From Gammaproteobacteria bacterium (GTDB lineage: Bacteria > Pseudomonadota > Gammaproteobacteria > JAHELT01), in assembly GCA_041623575.1 (NCBI GenBank), contig JBFJWO010000002.1, positions 1-34,541 on the forward strand: a stretch of DNA of 34,541 nucleotides, in the 5' to 3' direction. The position numbers and the translations under genes were made by a program. Every line of letters begins with the position of its first letter. The first letter of the stretch is position 1. The notes under the pieces are model-generated. The model was not told where the DNA came from, ran no database searches, and saw only the letters and a list, made by a program, of their open reading frames with translations. Of the stretch, positions 1 to 9,085 are shown piece after piece.

Positions 1-738
1 CGCCGCCAGCGGGTGCGAGCCCGGAAAGGCGTCGTTGTGCTGGTAGTTGCAGCACACCGGCGCGTCGAGGCGCTCCGCCAGGTCGCGCGACGCCGCGATG
101 CCGTCGCTCAGCACCACGCCGGCGCCGTTCAGGATCACCGGGAACTTCGCCTCGGCCAGCAGCCTGGCCGCCTCGGCAATGGCGGCCTCGCCGCCACGCG
201 GGCGCTCCAGGCGCACCACCCGCGGCAGCTCGATATCGATCACCTGCGTCCAGTAGTCGCGCGGCACGTTGATCTGCGCCGGCGCCGACCCGCGCCAGGC
301 TTTGCCGATCACGCGGTTCAGCACCTCGGCAATGCGCGACGGGTCGCGCACCTCTTCCTGGTAGCAGACCATGTCGGCGAACAGCGCCATCTGCTTGATC
401 TCCTGGAAGCCGCCCTGCTCGATGGTCTTGTTGGCCGCCTGCGGCGTCACGAGCAGCAGCGGCGTGTGGTTCCAGTAGGCGGTCTTGACCGGCGTCACGA
501 AGTTGGTGATGCCCGGGCCGTTCTGCGCGATCGCCATCGACATCTTGCCCGTCGCGCGCGTGTAGCCGTCGGCGCTCATCCCGGCGTTGCACTCGTGGGC
601 ACAGTCCCAGAACCTGATCCCGGCGGCCGGAAACAGGTCGGAGATCGGCATCATCGCCGAACCGATGATCCCGAACGCGTGCTCGATGCCATGCATCTGC
701 AGCACCTTGACGAAGGCTTCCTCGGTGGTCATTTTCAT
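1..738 (-). CDS. xsc: Sulfoacetaldehyde acetyltransferase (Xsc)-like thiamine-diphosphate enzyme. Only the N-terminal 246 codons are here; the rest lies beyond the left edge.
   Basis: Absent from the ORF track because it runs off the window. Hand reverse-translation from ATG 738 gives [86 protein letters not shown]... This is a ThDP-enzyme N-terminal domain, and the N-terminus matches my memory of Xsc proteins. The 13..918 + ORF is its antisense shadow. Confidence 0.8.
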   Translation of the reverse strand, partial: MKMTTEEAFVKVLQMHGIEHAFGIIGSAMMPISDLFPAAGIRFWDCAHECNAGMSADGYTRATGKMSMAIAQNGPGITNFVTPVKTAYWNHTPLLLVTPQAANKTIEQGGFQEIKQMALFADMVCYQEEVRDPSRIAEVLNRVIGKAWRGSAPAQINVPRDYWTQVIDIELPRVVRLERPRGGEAAIAEAARLLAEAKFPVILNGAGVVLSDGIAASRDLAERLDAPVCCNYQHNDAFPGSHPLAA

Positions 739-849
739 GCGTCTACCCTCACGGACTCGATCTCGGGTCGCGGCGCCGCCGGCGAGCGACCTGTGTTGGC
801 GGCGACGGCGATGGACTCACCGTGCCCGCGCGGTTGGCTCGATCGGCGC

Positions 850-858
850 AGTATAGGC
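850..858 (-). promoter_or_regulatory. Candidate -10 element (GCCTATACT) for xsc
   Basis: The minus strand reads GCCTATACT, containing TATACT, about 110 nt upstream of the xsc ATG. The identical 9-mer occurs on the plus strand at 1042..1050. No convincing -35 element. Confidence 0.3.
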
Positions 859-1041
859 AAACCGCCGCCTGGCGCATGCGGCCAGACGGCGCCGATCGAT
901 GGAGCCAGATCGCTTTGATCGCCCCGCGCGCCGGCCCCGCCGCGCACTTGCCGGGTGCGTGCACCGTGGGTGAGGCACACCCCGCTGCTCGCGCCGGGCG
1001 GGTTCCACCGAAAGAAAACCCTACCGCGCGGGCCGTTTCAC

Positions 1042-1050
1042 GCCTATACT
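1042..1050 (+). promoter_or_regulatory. Candidate -10 element (GCCTATACT) for rhlE
   Basis: The plus strand reads GCCTATACT, containing TATACT, about 147 nt upstream of the rhlE ATG at 1197. It is the mirror partner of the 850..858 copy. No convincing -35 element. Confidence 0.3.
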
Positions 1051-1196
1051 CCTCGGCCTTGCGGCGCAGTCCGGTCTGTGCCGGGTTCTCGCGGTCGTCT
1101 CTCCCCACTTGCAAAGACTCCCCTCGAACAACCAATCAACTGCCCCCGACCGGCCGCACGAACCGCGGGTGGGCGCTACCCAGGAACCAGTCTTAC

Positions 1197-2537
1197 ATGC
1201 CATTCGAACAACTCGGCCTCGCGGCTGAACTACGACGCGCCGTGGCCGAGCAGAGCTACACCTCGCCGACACCGATCCAGGCCCGGGCCATCCCGCTGAT
1301 CCTCGCAGGACGCGACGTCCTCGCCGGGGCCCAGACAGGGACCGGCAAGACCGCGGCGTTCACCTTGCCCATGCTGCAGTTGCTGAGAGAGCGCCCGCGC
1401 GCTTCGGCGAGCGACGGCAAGGCGCCACGCGCGCTGGTGCTGACGCCGACGCGCGAGCTCGCCGCCCAGGTGGCGGAGAGCGTGAGCACCTACGGCGCGC
1501 ACCTGCGAATCCGCTCGGCGGTGATTTTCGGCGGTGTCGGGATCACGCCCCAGAAGGCCGCGTTGCGCCGCGGCGTCGACATCGTCGTGGCCACGCCCGG
1601 GCGCCTGCTCGACCACGCCGGGCAGGGCACTATCGACCTCTCCGCGGTGGAGATCCTGGTCCTCGACGAAGCCGACCGGATGCTCGACATGGGCTTCATT
1701 CACGACATCCGCAAGGTGCTCGCGCTGTTACCGCCGCTCCGCCAGAACCTGTTGTTCTCGGCGACCTACTCGAGCGAGATAAAGCGCCTCGCCGACGGCC
1801 TGCTGCAGCGCCCGGCGCTGATCGAGGTCGCGCAGCGCAACACCGCTGCGGAAACCGTGACTCAGCACGTCTACCGGGTGGATCGCGAAGCCAAGCGCGA
1901 TCTGCTCATCCACCTGATCGAAGACGGCCAGTGGTCGCAGGTGCTGGTGTTCACACGCACCAAGCACGGCGCCAACCGGCTGGCCCAGCAGCTGACCCGG
2001 GCCGGCGTGCAGTCCGCCGCCATCCACGGCAACAAGAGCCAGGGCGCGCGCACACTCGCGCTGGCCGGTTTCAAGGGCAACCGGGTACGCGTGCTGGTGG
2101 CCACCGACATCGCCGCGCGCGGCCTCGACATCGACGGGCTGCCCCACGTCGTCAACTACGAGTTGCCGAACGAGCCGCAGGCCTACGTGCACCGCATCGG
2201 GCGCACCGGGCGCGCGGGCGAGGAAGGCGACGCCGTGTCGCTGGTCGACGGCACCGAGCGGAAACTGCTGCACGACATCGAGCGCCTGCTCGGCAACGCC
2301 ATCCCGGTACTGGCGACGCCGCGCTTCGAGCGCCTGGCTGCGTCGGCCCCGGTGAGCGAGCCGCGCCCGGCCGGGACGAGCGCGTCCGGGCGAGGCGTGT
2401 CGCACCGCGCCCCCGGCACCGGGCAGGGCGCCGGGCAGCGCGGCGCGTCCGGCGAGGTCGCGCGCTTGTCGAAACGCCGGCGCCGCGGGAGGAATCGCCC
2501 CGGACAGGGCAACGGCAATCTGCGCCGCACGGCGTAG
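1197..2537 (+). CDS. rhlE: ATP-dependent DEAD-box RNA helicase (RhlE-like), 446 aa
   Basis: In frame with track ORF 822..2537; start trimmed to ATG 1197 (MPFEQLGL...). Motifs present: Q motif TSPTPIQ, motif I AQTGTGKT, Ia [30 protein letters not shown]. Arg/Gly-rich basic C-terminal tail. Confidence 0.9.
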   Translation: MPFEQLGLAAELRRAVAEQSYTSPTPIQARAIPLILAGRDVLAGAQTGTGKTAAFTLPMLQLLRERPRASASDGKAPRALVLTPTRELAAQVAESVSTYGAHLRIRSAVIFGGVGITPQKAALRRGVDIVVATPGRLLDHAGQGTIDLSAVEILVLDEADRMLDMGFIHDIRKVLALLPPLRQNLLFSATYSSEIKRLADGLLQRPALIEVAQRNTAAETVTQHVYRVDREAKRDLLIHLIEDGQWSQVLVFTRTKHGANRLAQQLTRAGVQSAAIHGNKSQGARTLALAGFKGNRVRVLVATDIAARGLDIDGLPHVVNYELPNEPQAYVHRIGRTGRAGEEGDAVSLVDGTERKLLHDIERLLGNAIPVLATPRFERLAASAPVSEPRPAGTSASGRGVSHRAPGTGQGAGQRGASGEVARLSKRRRRGRNRPGQGNGNLRRTA

Positions 2538-2632
2538 GCAACAGGGTTCGCCAGCGATGGCAAACAGCTGGCGGGGACGCATTCGGCTCCGCCGCCAGTT
2601 TCTCTACTGCAACACCACAGGAACGATCGATC

Positions 2633-2917
2633 ATGAATATCTACGTGGGCAACCTGCCCTACAGCGCCACCGAGGACCAGTTGCGCGAGGCGTTCGCCGC
2701 TTTCGGTGAAGTCTCCAGTGTCAATGTGATCACCGACAAGTTCAGCGGTCAGTCCAAGGGGTTCGCGTTCGTCGAGATGGCCGACAACTCGGCCGCCGAC
2801 GCCGCGATCAAGGGTCTCAACGAGACCCCGATGGGCGGGCGCAACATCAAGGTGAACCAGGCCAAGCCGCGCGGCGATCGGCCGAGCCGTGGTGGCGGCG
2901 GCGGCGACCGCTGGTAG
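2633..2917 (+). CDS. RRM-type RNA-binding protein with glycine-rich tail, 94 aa
   Basis: ATG 2633 lies in frame within track ORF 1931..2917. Sequence starts MNIYVGNLPYSATEDQL... and carries RNP2 (IYVGNL) and RNP1 (KGFAFVEM). C-terminus is RGDRPSRGGGGGDRW. Confidence 0.9.
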   Translation: MNIYVGNLPYSATEDQLREAFAAFGEVSSVNVITDKFSGQSKGFAFVEMADNSAADAAIKGLNETPMGGRNIKVNQAKPRGDRPSRGGGGGDRW

Positions 2918-2930
2918 AGACCTGACGGCG

Positions 2931-2978
2931 GCCGCCCGACCGGGCGGCACGGCGGCAATGCCTCGCGGGGCATTGCCG
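2931..2978. terminator. Two tandem GC-rich hairpins between convergent RRM gene and mtrB
   Basis: Hairpin 1 is GCCGCCC-gacc-GGGCGGC (2931..2948). Hairpin 2 is CGGCAATGCC-tcgcgg-GGCATTGCCG (2953..2978, 10-bp perfect stem). Neither has a U-tract, so intrinsic termination is unproven. Confidence 0.45.
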
Positions 2979-3138
2979 GCGGACTGACAAGTGTGCCAAC
3001 CCGGCGCGGGGGCGCTGTCGCCGCCGCGCCGTGTCGGCGCACGCCGGCTGACCTGAACGGCGGCCGGTTCGCCCGACCGCGATCACGCGCGGCGTTTGCG
3101 CGCGCCCGGTCGCTGCCGGGCGCGGGTGGCCTGCACGC

Positions 3139-5295
3139 TCAGAAGCGGTAGCGAAAAGTCGCCATCACCGCGTGCAGGCTGTAGGACGGCGGCTCCTCGC
3201 CCAGGCTGAGCACCGTGGCCAGGGTGTCCGGCTCCACCGCGTCGAGCGCCCAGTCCTTCGACTCGTAGCGTTCGTACCACCAGGCTCCGTGCAGCTCGGG
3301 GCCCTCGTCGAACGTGTACGTGGCGTACAGCTTGACGGTGTGCAGGACGCTTTCGAGGTCCGGGAACGGCGCCCCGCCGACGGTGATCGCGCTGCGCGCG
3401 TTCGACACGGCGTAATCCACACCGACGTCGAGGCGCTTGCCCATAAGATCGCGGCGCTCGACACCGAAGCCGGCCGTGTCCACGGTGTCGCTCGTGCTCG
3501 CCAGCCAGTCCGGGCCGGCGAAGCTGCTGCTGCCCGCCTGGCGCGAATCGGTCTGCGTGCGCACGACGAACGCGTGCAGGCTCGTGTCGGGGGCGAGTTG
3601 CACGGCGAGATCGGCGTCCAGCCCGGTTTCGCCGGCCCGCGTGAGACCGACGGTGGAGTTGCTGTAGTCATCGCGGGCGACGCTCGCGCCGACGCCGAGA
3701 TCGACGCCGTCGCCCAGCAGCGTCGAAGTCCGCACGGCCATCAGCTCGCGGTCGCGATCGGCGAGATTGTACTTGCGCAGCGACGGGTTCTGCGGCGGGT
3801 CGGTGCTCGACAGCGGGTCGTAACCCGAGCCGTCGCGCCGTTCCCGGGCGATGCGCACATCGAAGCTCGTGCTGCGGGTCGCCCGCGCGGCGAGCTTGCC
3901 CCAGACGCTGTGCTCGCGCGTTTCCTCGACCTCCTGGAAGCTGCGCTGCACGGTCTCGCGATCGACCCCGGCGCTGACCCGCGTACCGCCCGCGAGCCGG
4001 TAGATGGCGCTGGCGCCGAGCGCATCCTCGGTGTAGTCGTAGGGCAGATTCGTGCGCGCGTCGCGCACCAGCGTATCGGTCGAAACCCACGGGAAGCTCG
4101 CCCGAGCGGTCTGGTTGTCGCGCTCGTTGCGACGCCACTCGGCATTCACCCGCAGTGCGTCGCTCAGGCGCGAGCTCACGCGCAGCGCGGCGTTGAGCGT
4201 GTCCACCCGCCCGTCCAGCGAATCGCGCGGCAGCGCCGCGACACCGAGGCCGTCGTTGGTGGTCGGCGCGAGAAAGTCCGCGTTCTGCTCCATGCGCCCG
4301 ACGGCGAGATCGCCGCTGAGGCGGGTCGCCTTGCTCAGCTCATAGCCGGCCGAGACCCGCAGCTGGTGGAACTCGTTGTCGGGTGGCAACGCCAGCTCAC
4401 CCTCGTCGGCGCCCGCCACCAGCGGCGTGAACGGGTTCTCCCAGCTGAGCGCCGGGTCGGCGTTCTCGAAGGCCGACCCGAGGTAGGCCAGGCGCAGCTG
4501 CCAGCGTTCGCGCGAATAGCCGGCGAACGCCTCGACTTCGCGCGTTTCATAGTCGATCGGCTGGACCAGTTGCGCGGCGTTGAACAGGAAGGCACCGGCC
4601 GTGCGCCGGCGGCCTTCCGTCGTCTCCCTGCGCACGTCGACGCCGAAGTCCCAGAACTTGGTGGCGATCAGCCGAACCCCGATCTCGGCGCGCCTGCGCT
4701 CGGTGTCGAGATCGACGCCGCGCAGGCTCGAGGCAAGCGCGCTCATCCCGGCGGTGCTGCCCGCCGTCACCCAGCCGGCCGGCAGGTCGAGGTCGGCACC
4801 CCCGCTGCCCACGTATGGCGTCCTGGCGCTGTCCGAGAGCAGGTGCGGAATCTCGTCGTAGCGCAGGCGCAGCCCGTAGCTGCCCTGCACGCCGCCCTCG
4901 ATGTCCACGGTAGTGCGCGGCGCGAACGGGCCCGGGTCGAGGGAAAAGTCGGTCACGCTCAGGTCGAGATAGCCGGCCTCCTCGCCACGCCAGCGCGCAC
5001 TGGCGCCGACCAGCGCGAACACGCCCTCCTCGTCGTAACCGGTGTACTCGCCGAACCTGGCCGAGTCGCGGGAGATCTGCCCGCCGGCGACGGAGACGGT
5101 CGCGTCGACACCGGTCTCGAACTCGCAGAACTTGCAGCGCCAGCCGGACGTGTCTACCGCAGCCGGCGCGGAGGCGGCGGACTCGGCCGCGTCCGGCTGT
5201 GCACTCTCGGGGGTGTCCGGTGCCTGGGCCAGCGCCATGCCACTCGCTACGGACAGCGCTACCGAGATCCCGGCCTTGCCAAGCGGGTACCGCAT
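3139..5295 (-). CDS. mtrB: MtrB/PioB-family decahaem-associated outer-membrane porin, 718 aa
   Basis: Signal peptide MRYPLGKAGISVALSVASGMALAQA. N-terminal CXXC (WRCKFCEF, Cys54/Cys57) as in MtrB. Long beta-barrel-like sequence rich in Y/G/D/R, with the OMP-type aromatic terminus ...ATFRYRF. The start lies 6 nt after the mtrA stop. Confidence 0.9.
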   Translation of the reverse strand: MRYPLGKAGISVALSVASGMALAQAPDTPESAQPDAAESAASAPAAVDTSGWRCKFCEFETGVDATVSVAGGQISRDSARFGEYTGYDEEGVFALVGASARWRGEEAGYLDLSVTDFSLDPGPFAPRTTVDIEGGVQGSYGLRLRYDEIPHLLSDSARTPYVGSGGADLDLPAGWVTAGSTAGMSALASSLRGVDLDTERRRAEIGVRLIATKFWDFGVDVRRETTEGRRRTAGAFLFNAAQLVQPIDYETREVEAFAGYSRERWQLRLAYLGSAFENADPALSWENPFTPLVAGADEGELALPPDNEFHQLRVSAGYELSKATRLSGDLAVGRMEQNADFLAPTTNDGLGVAALPRDSLDGRVDTLNAALRVSSRLSDALRVNAEWRRNERDNQTARASFPWVSTDTLVRDARTNLPYDYTEDALGASAIYRLAGGTRVSAGVDRETVQRSFQEVEETREHSVWGKLAARATRSTSFDVRIARERRDGSGYDPLSSTDPPQNPSLRKYNLADRDRELMAVRTSTLLGDGVDLGVGASVARDDYSNSTVGLTRAGETGLDADLAVQLAPDTSLHAFVVRTQTDSRQAGSSSFAGPDWLASTSDTVDTAGFGVERRDLMGKRLDVGVDYAVSNARSAITVGGAPFPDLESVLHTVKLYATYTFDEGPELHGAWWYERYESKDWALDAVEPDTLATVLSLGEEPPSYSLHAVMATFRYRF

Positions 5296-5301
5296 GCTTC
5301 G

Positions 5302-6270
5302 CTACCTCATCAGTTTCACGCCGGAGGGATGGTTGGACCCGTGCACCTGCGAGTGGCAGTTGAGGCAAGCGGCGCCCAGCAGGAACGCCGAGGGCGAACC
5401 GCCGCCGCCCACGACGCCGGCCGGACCGTGGGGCACACTGGGATGGCCGCGTTGCGAATGACACTGCTGGCACAGCAGCGGCGGGCGGCGTACCAGCAGC
5501 GCCGGGTGCACCGAGCCGTGCGGTGCGTGGCACAGCGCGCAATCCTCGGCGACCGGCGCGTGCTCCCACAGGAACGGCCCGCGCTTGTCCGCGTGGCAGG
5601 CGTAGCAGGTCTGGTTGAGCGTCGGCCGTGCCAGCAGGTCGTCGGTCATGGCGCCGTGCGGGTCGTGGCAATCGCTGCAGGCCAGGTGCCCGAAACGCAC
5701 CGGGTGCGCCGAGGGCTTGTGGAAATCGGCGCGGGCGCGGCGGTGGCAGGCGTAGCACACGTCGTCCTGCTTGGTGCGCGCAAGCACCGGGTCGGCGGTG
5801 ACGTGGATGCGGTGGCAGTTCGCACAGGCGACGTCGGCCCCCTCGTGGGCGCTGCCGTGCCAGCCGATGCGCGCCCCGCGCGTGTGGCAGTCGAGGCAGA
5901 TACCGTTCTCCGCCGCCGGGTCGTCGGGACGTGAGGCGCCGAAGTAGAGCATGGGCTGGCGAATCTCGCCGTCGCGCAGCTTGCGCTTGCCATGCTCGCC
6001 GACCGGCCCGTGGCAGGCCTCGCACTGCAGCCCGGCGAAGGGCGTGCGCCCGTCGGCGGGCTGCGCATGGCGGGTGGCGAAGATCGGCAGCACCGGGAAC
6101 TCGGAGTCCTCGTCGTGACAGCGCAGGCAGGTATCGGCGCCGCGATCGGAATACTCGCGCGGCGTCTGCGCGTCTTGCGGTTCCGATTGGGCGTGCGAGC
6201 CGGCAACGCCCGCCAACCCGGCAAGCGCCGCCATGACGACCAGCAGGCGCATCGGCTGTTTTTTGTGCAT
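5302..6270 (-). CDS. mtrA: Periplasmic decahaem c-type cytochrome, MtrA/DmsE family, 322 aa
   Basis: Signal peptide MHKKQPMRLLVVMAALAGLAGVAGSHA. Ten CXXCH motifs: CLRCH, CEACH, CLDCH, CANCH, CYACH, CSDCH, CYACH, CALCH, CQQCH, CLNCH. Size and position (between mtrC and mtrB) are canonical. Confidence 0.95.
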   Translation of the reverse strand: MHKKQPMRLLVVMAALAGLAGVAGSHAQSEPQDAQTPREYSDRGADTCLRCHDEDSEFPVLPIFATRHAQPADGRTPFAGLQCEACHGPVGEHGKRKLRDGEIRQPMLYFGASRPDDPAAENGICLDCHTRGARIGWHGSAHEGADVACANCHRIHVTADPVLARTKQDDVCYACHRRARADFHKPSAHPVRFGHLACSDCHDPHGAMTDDLLARPTLNQTCYACHADKRGPFLWEHAPVAEDCALCHAPHGSVHPALLVRRPPLLCQQCHSQRGHPSVPHGPAGVVGGGGSPSAFLLGAACLNCHSQVHGSNHPSGVKLMR

Positions 6271-6339
6271 CTACCGCTCTCGCGAAACGCGTGGCTGCAT
6301 CGACGGCGCACGCATCGCCGCTTCACCGACGCGACGCGC

Positions 6340-6365
6340 GGCGACGGTGGAAAAACACCGTCGCC
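6340..6365 (-). other. Intercistronic stem-loop between mtrC and mtrA
   Basis: Plus strand reads GGCGACGGTG-gaaaaa-CACCGTCGCC, a perfect 10-bp stem with a 6-nt loop. It starts 27 nt downstream of the mtrC stop on the transcript. No U-tract follows on the minus strand. Confidence 0.6.
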
Positions 6366-6392
6366 GCACGCCGGGAGCCTAGCGTACGCTGC

Positions 6393-8972
6393 TCAGGGGA
6401 TGTCCTCTCCGAACCCGCTCGAGTGCACCAGTTCGACGCTCGCGATCTTGCCGGGACCATGGCACACCGCACAGGTCTCGACGTTGGCCTCGATCGCCGC
6501 CTGGGTAACGCCGAACAACGCACCGTTGAGCTTCATGTGCTCTTCGGCGAGCGTGCCGTCGTGGCACGAGGAACACACCGCCGCGGTCGGCGAGATCTTG
6601 AGGTCGTCCGTGGGGTCGGCCACGCTGGCCGTCACCAGTTCCGCCAACGTCGGCGGGTTGCCCGGGTCGGGGTCGGTCAGGCCCGGCGGGACGCTGTTGA
6701 CGGTGCTGCCCTGGATACCGTTCTGGGCCGGCTCCGCCCAGTTCGCGCCGCCCTCGGCCGTGCGGTCCATGAGCTTGTAGGTGTCGGGCTCATGGCAGGT
6801 CTCGCACTTGGTGAGGTCGCCGGGGAAGCGCACCTCGGAGTAGTCGTGGATGCTACCGCGGAAACCGTACACCACGATGCCTTTCTCGCGGAAGCCGTGC
6901 GTCAGCGTACCGTCGGAGTTCGAGGACGCCGCCGCGTGCACGGCGTGGATCAGGCGCCGGAAGTCGATCGACTCCTCGGGCTTGCCGTCGCTGCCGCCGG
7001 TCGGCAGGCCGTCTCCGTCGCGCGGGCGGCGCGCGTAGTCGGTGCCGCTCGGGTTGTGGCACATCACGCACAGCTGTGCCTCGTCGCTGCGGTTGTTGCC
7101 GTGCAGGCTCAGCACGTCGTGACAGCGATCGCACTTGGCGACGATGTCCACCACCTCGCGCCGCGGCACCGGTTCACCGTCGTCGATGCCGAAGTAGGCC
7201 ACCACGGCCTTGACCGTGGCGCGCACGTCGTCCGACGGGTTCTCCGTCTGGAACACGCCGTCCACGCCCGCCCCCGCCGGGTGGCCCTCGATCGCGACCA
7301 CGCCGGTGCCCGACGCGCTGATCCCGGCGGGGTTGGCGGCGGTGACCGTACCGTCCGGCAGCGCCGGCATCGTCACGGTGTAGGTACCGTTACCGCTGAA
7401 CACGACCGAACCGGAGTTCCTCACGTTCACCGAGTTGGCGCGCGAGGGCCTGCTGCCGCTGCCACCGGCGTTGGTGTAGTCGACGGTGTTCCAGCTCGCC
7501 AGCACGTTGAGGCTTGCCGCGGGCGAGCGGAACTCGGGGTCGCCGTCGGCGCTGCGGATGCCGTAGGCGTTGCCGTGGAGATGGTTGGCCGCGCCCGTCG
7601 GGTCGGTGACGGAGAAGGTCACCGTGGGTGAGCCGCCCGGCTGGCAGGCGGCCTCGCCGTCGGTGTCCGCCCTGCCGTCGACAACGGCAATGCCGCAGAT
7701 CGACAGGATGTTGAACTGGAAGTTGGCCGCCGCGACCTTCTCGGGCACCTGGTGATCCGACGCCACGCTGCCGGCGATGATGCCGTTGGTGTGGCAGTTC
7801 ACGCAGGTGCTGTTGTCGGTCATGACGCCGCCGGGATGCCCGTCGACATCTGCCGAGGGGTTGAACTCGTTGCGGCCCTGCACGCCGAACTTGATGTGGT
7901 CGTGGCACGACCCGCAGGCCTCGATGCTCGGTGCGCTCTCCCAGTTGCCGCCCTGCGGCGTCTCGGGGTCGGAATCGCCGTGGCAGGTCGAGCAGTTGCG
8001 GATGTCCTGGGGAAAGACGATGTCGGAGAAGTCGTGCTTGGTGTTGCGGTAGCCCCAGATGGCGTACTCGCCCGTGCCATCGTCGCCGTTGCCCTCGACG
8101 AAGTCCGGGCCGCGTTCCACGCTCGGCAGGAACTCGCCGCGGTGGATCTTGTGGATCATGATCTTGAAGTCCACCGCGCCGCTGCTGCGCACGGCCGAGT
8201 GCGCCAGCCCGGGCGAGTTGTCCTTGGCCGGATCGATGCTGTCCGGATCGACCGAGCCGGGGTTGTGGCAGGTCACGCAGTATTTCACCTCGATGCGCGC
8301 GTCGTGCGCCTCGAGGCGGTCGTGGCAGTTGTTGCAGCGCGAGGTCTTGACGATCTCGCGGCTGGCGATCCCCGTGGTGGCGCCGTCCGACGGGCGGAAG
8401 GTGTACACGGCGTTGACCGCCGGCAGGTCGCCGCGGGTCTGGATACCGACCCGGTGGGTCAGCTGGGCGTCGAAACTCAGGTCGAGGGCGTTGCCGAAAG
8501 CGTCCACGCACGGCGCCGGACAGGTGACGTTGGCGACATCGGTGGCGAACGTGTAGCGGTACTCGCCGTCGCCTCGATCCACCAGGGTGCCGCTGTTCTC
8601 GCGCGTCGCCTGCACCGCGGTGCGGCCGTTGCCGGGGGCGCCGTTGGCCGACGAGGTCGCGGTGGTGACGATGTAGCTCTGCCAGTTGGGGCTCGGCGAG
8701 CCGGGCACGAGCTTGGCGATGGTGAATCGCAGGTCGTCGGTGCTCAGGCGATCGACGCCGAAGCCGTCCTGGTCGGTGACCCTGAACTCGACCACCGGCG
8801 CGCTGGCCACCGTTACCTTGCTGATCGTCATGGCCAGTTCGGTGGCTGCGCCCGCACCGCGCGGTCCCGCCGGGCCACGCTCCCCATCGCTGCCGTCGTC
8901 GCAGCCCGTCAGGGTGAGGGCGAAGGTCGCAATCGCGAACAGCGCCCGCAGCAGAACGTCATTGTTGGTCAT
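6393..8972 (-). CDS. mtrC: Outer-membrane decahaem c-type cytochrome lipoprotein, OmcA/MtrC family, 859 aa
   Basis: Track ORF 6393..8978 starts at a TTG. ATG 8972 is preferred because GAGGGGG lies 6 nt upstream of it. Lipobox is ALTLTG-C. Ten CXXCH motifs fall in two blocks of five: CNNCH, CVTCH, CSTCH, CGSCH, CVNCH, then CDRCH, CVMCH, CETCH, CSSCH, CAVCH. Each block follows a haem-free stretch of about 185-210 aa, which is the four-domain MtrC/OmcA layout. Confidence 0.9.
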   Translation of the reverse strand: MTNNDVLLRALFAIATFALTLTGCDDGSDGERGPAGPRGAGAATELAMTISKVTVASAPVVEFRVTDQDGFGVDRLSTDDLRFTIAKLVPGSPSPNWQSYIVTTATSSANGAPGNGRTAVQATRENSGTLVDRGDGEYRYTFATDVANVTCPAPCVDAFGNALDLSFDAQLTHRVGIQTRGDLPAVNAVYTFRPSDGATTGIASREIVKTSRCNNCHDRLEAHDARIEVKYCVTCHNPGSVDPDSIDPAKDNSPGLAHSAVRSSGAVDFKIMIHKIHRGEFLPSVERGPDFVEGNGDDGTGEYAIWGYRNTKHDFSDIVFPQDIRNCSTCHGDSDPETPQGGNWESAPSIEACGSCHDHIKFGVQGRNEFNPSADVDGHPGGVMTDNSTCVNCHTNGIIAGSVASDHQVPEKVAAANFQFNILSICGIAVVDGRADTDGEAACQPGGSPTVTFSVTDPTGAANHLHGNAYGIRSADGDPEFRSPAASLNVLASWNTVDYTNAGGSGSRPSRANSVNVRNSGSVVFSGNGTYTVTMPALPDGTVTAANPAGISASGTGVVAIEGHPAGAGVDGVFQTENPSDDVRATVKAVVAYFGIDDGEPVPRREVVDIVAKCDRCHDVLSLHGNNRSDEAQLCVMCHNPSGTDYARRPRDGDGLPTGGSDGKPEESIDFRRLIHAVHAAASSNSDGTLTHGFREKGIVVYGFRGSIHDYSEVRFPGDLTKCETCHEPDTYKLMDRTAEGGANWAEPAQNGIQGSTVNSVPPGLTDPDPGNPPTLAELVTASVADPTDDLKISPTAAVCSSCHDGTLAEEHMKLNGALFGVTQAAIEANVETCAVCHGPGKIASVELVHSSGFGEDIP

Positions 8973-9040
8973 CGCCAACCCCCTCTGAGTGGTTGTTCTT
9001 CCCCCCGCGTTACTTTCGGCCAGACGGCCGCACTAGCGCA

Positions 9041-9054
9041 CTGACTTGGATCAA
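9041..9054. promoter_or_regulatory. FNR/CRP-superfamily-like box (CTGAC-TTGG-ATCAA), proximal to mtrC
   Basis: Matches 8 of 10 positions of TTGAT-N4-ATCAA. The centre is about 75 nt upstream of the mtrC ATG. That fits a class II (-41.5) promoter with a short leader. Confidence 0.4.
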
Positions 9055-9085
9055 TCGCCGGCCAAGTACCCGACGCGTGACTTGC

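Noticed and set aside
3172-5934. 920-aa plus-strand ORF, plus the 492-aa (4547..6025) and 226-aa (5646..6326) minus-strand ORFs
   Set aside because: They are antisense or out of frame with mtrB and mtrA and have Arg/Ala/Gly-rich low-complexity translations. The mtrB and mtrA frames carry signal peptides, ten CXXCH motifs and an OMP terminus.
8850-8885. Collagen-like (Gly-X-Y)x4 run as a possible independent collagen-repeat feature
   Set aside because: Four triplets are too few to claim a collagen triple helix. It is most simply a flexible tether after the lipidated Cys, and is mentioned only within the MtrC finding.
8976-8978. TTG start given by the track for mtrC
   Set aside because: The Shine-Dalgarno-like GAGGGGG abuts this TTG with zero spacing. 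It lies 6 nt upstream of ATG 8972, so the ATG is preferred. The mature lipoprotein is the same either way.
6291-9044. 446-aa (6291..7631 +), 430-aa (7752..9044 +) and 373-aa (7390..8511 -) ORFs overlapping mtrC
   Set aside because: They are shadow frames of the 859-aa decahaem gene. None has a haem motif pattern, a signal peptide or balanced composition.
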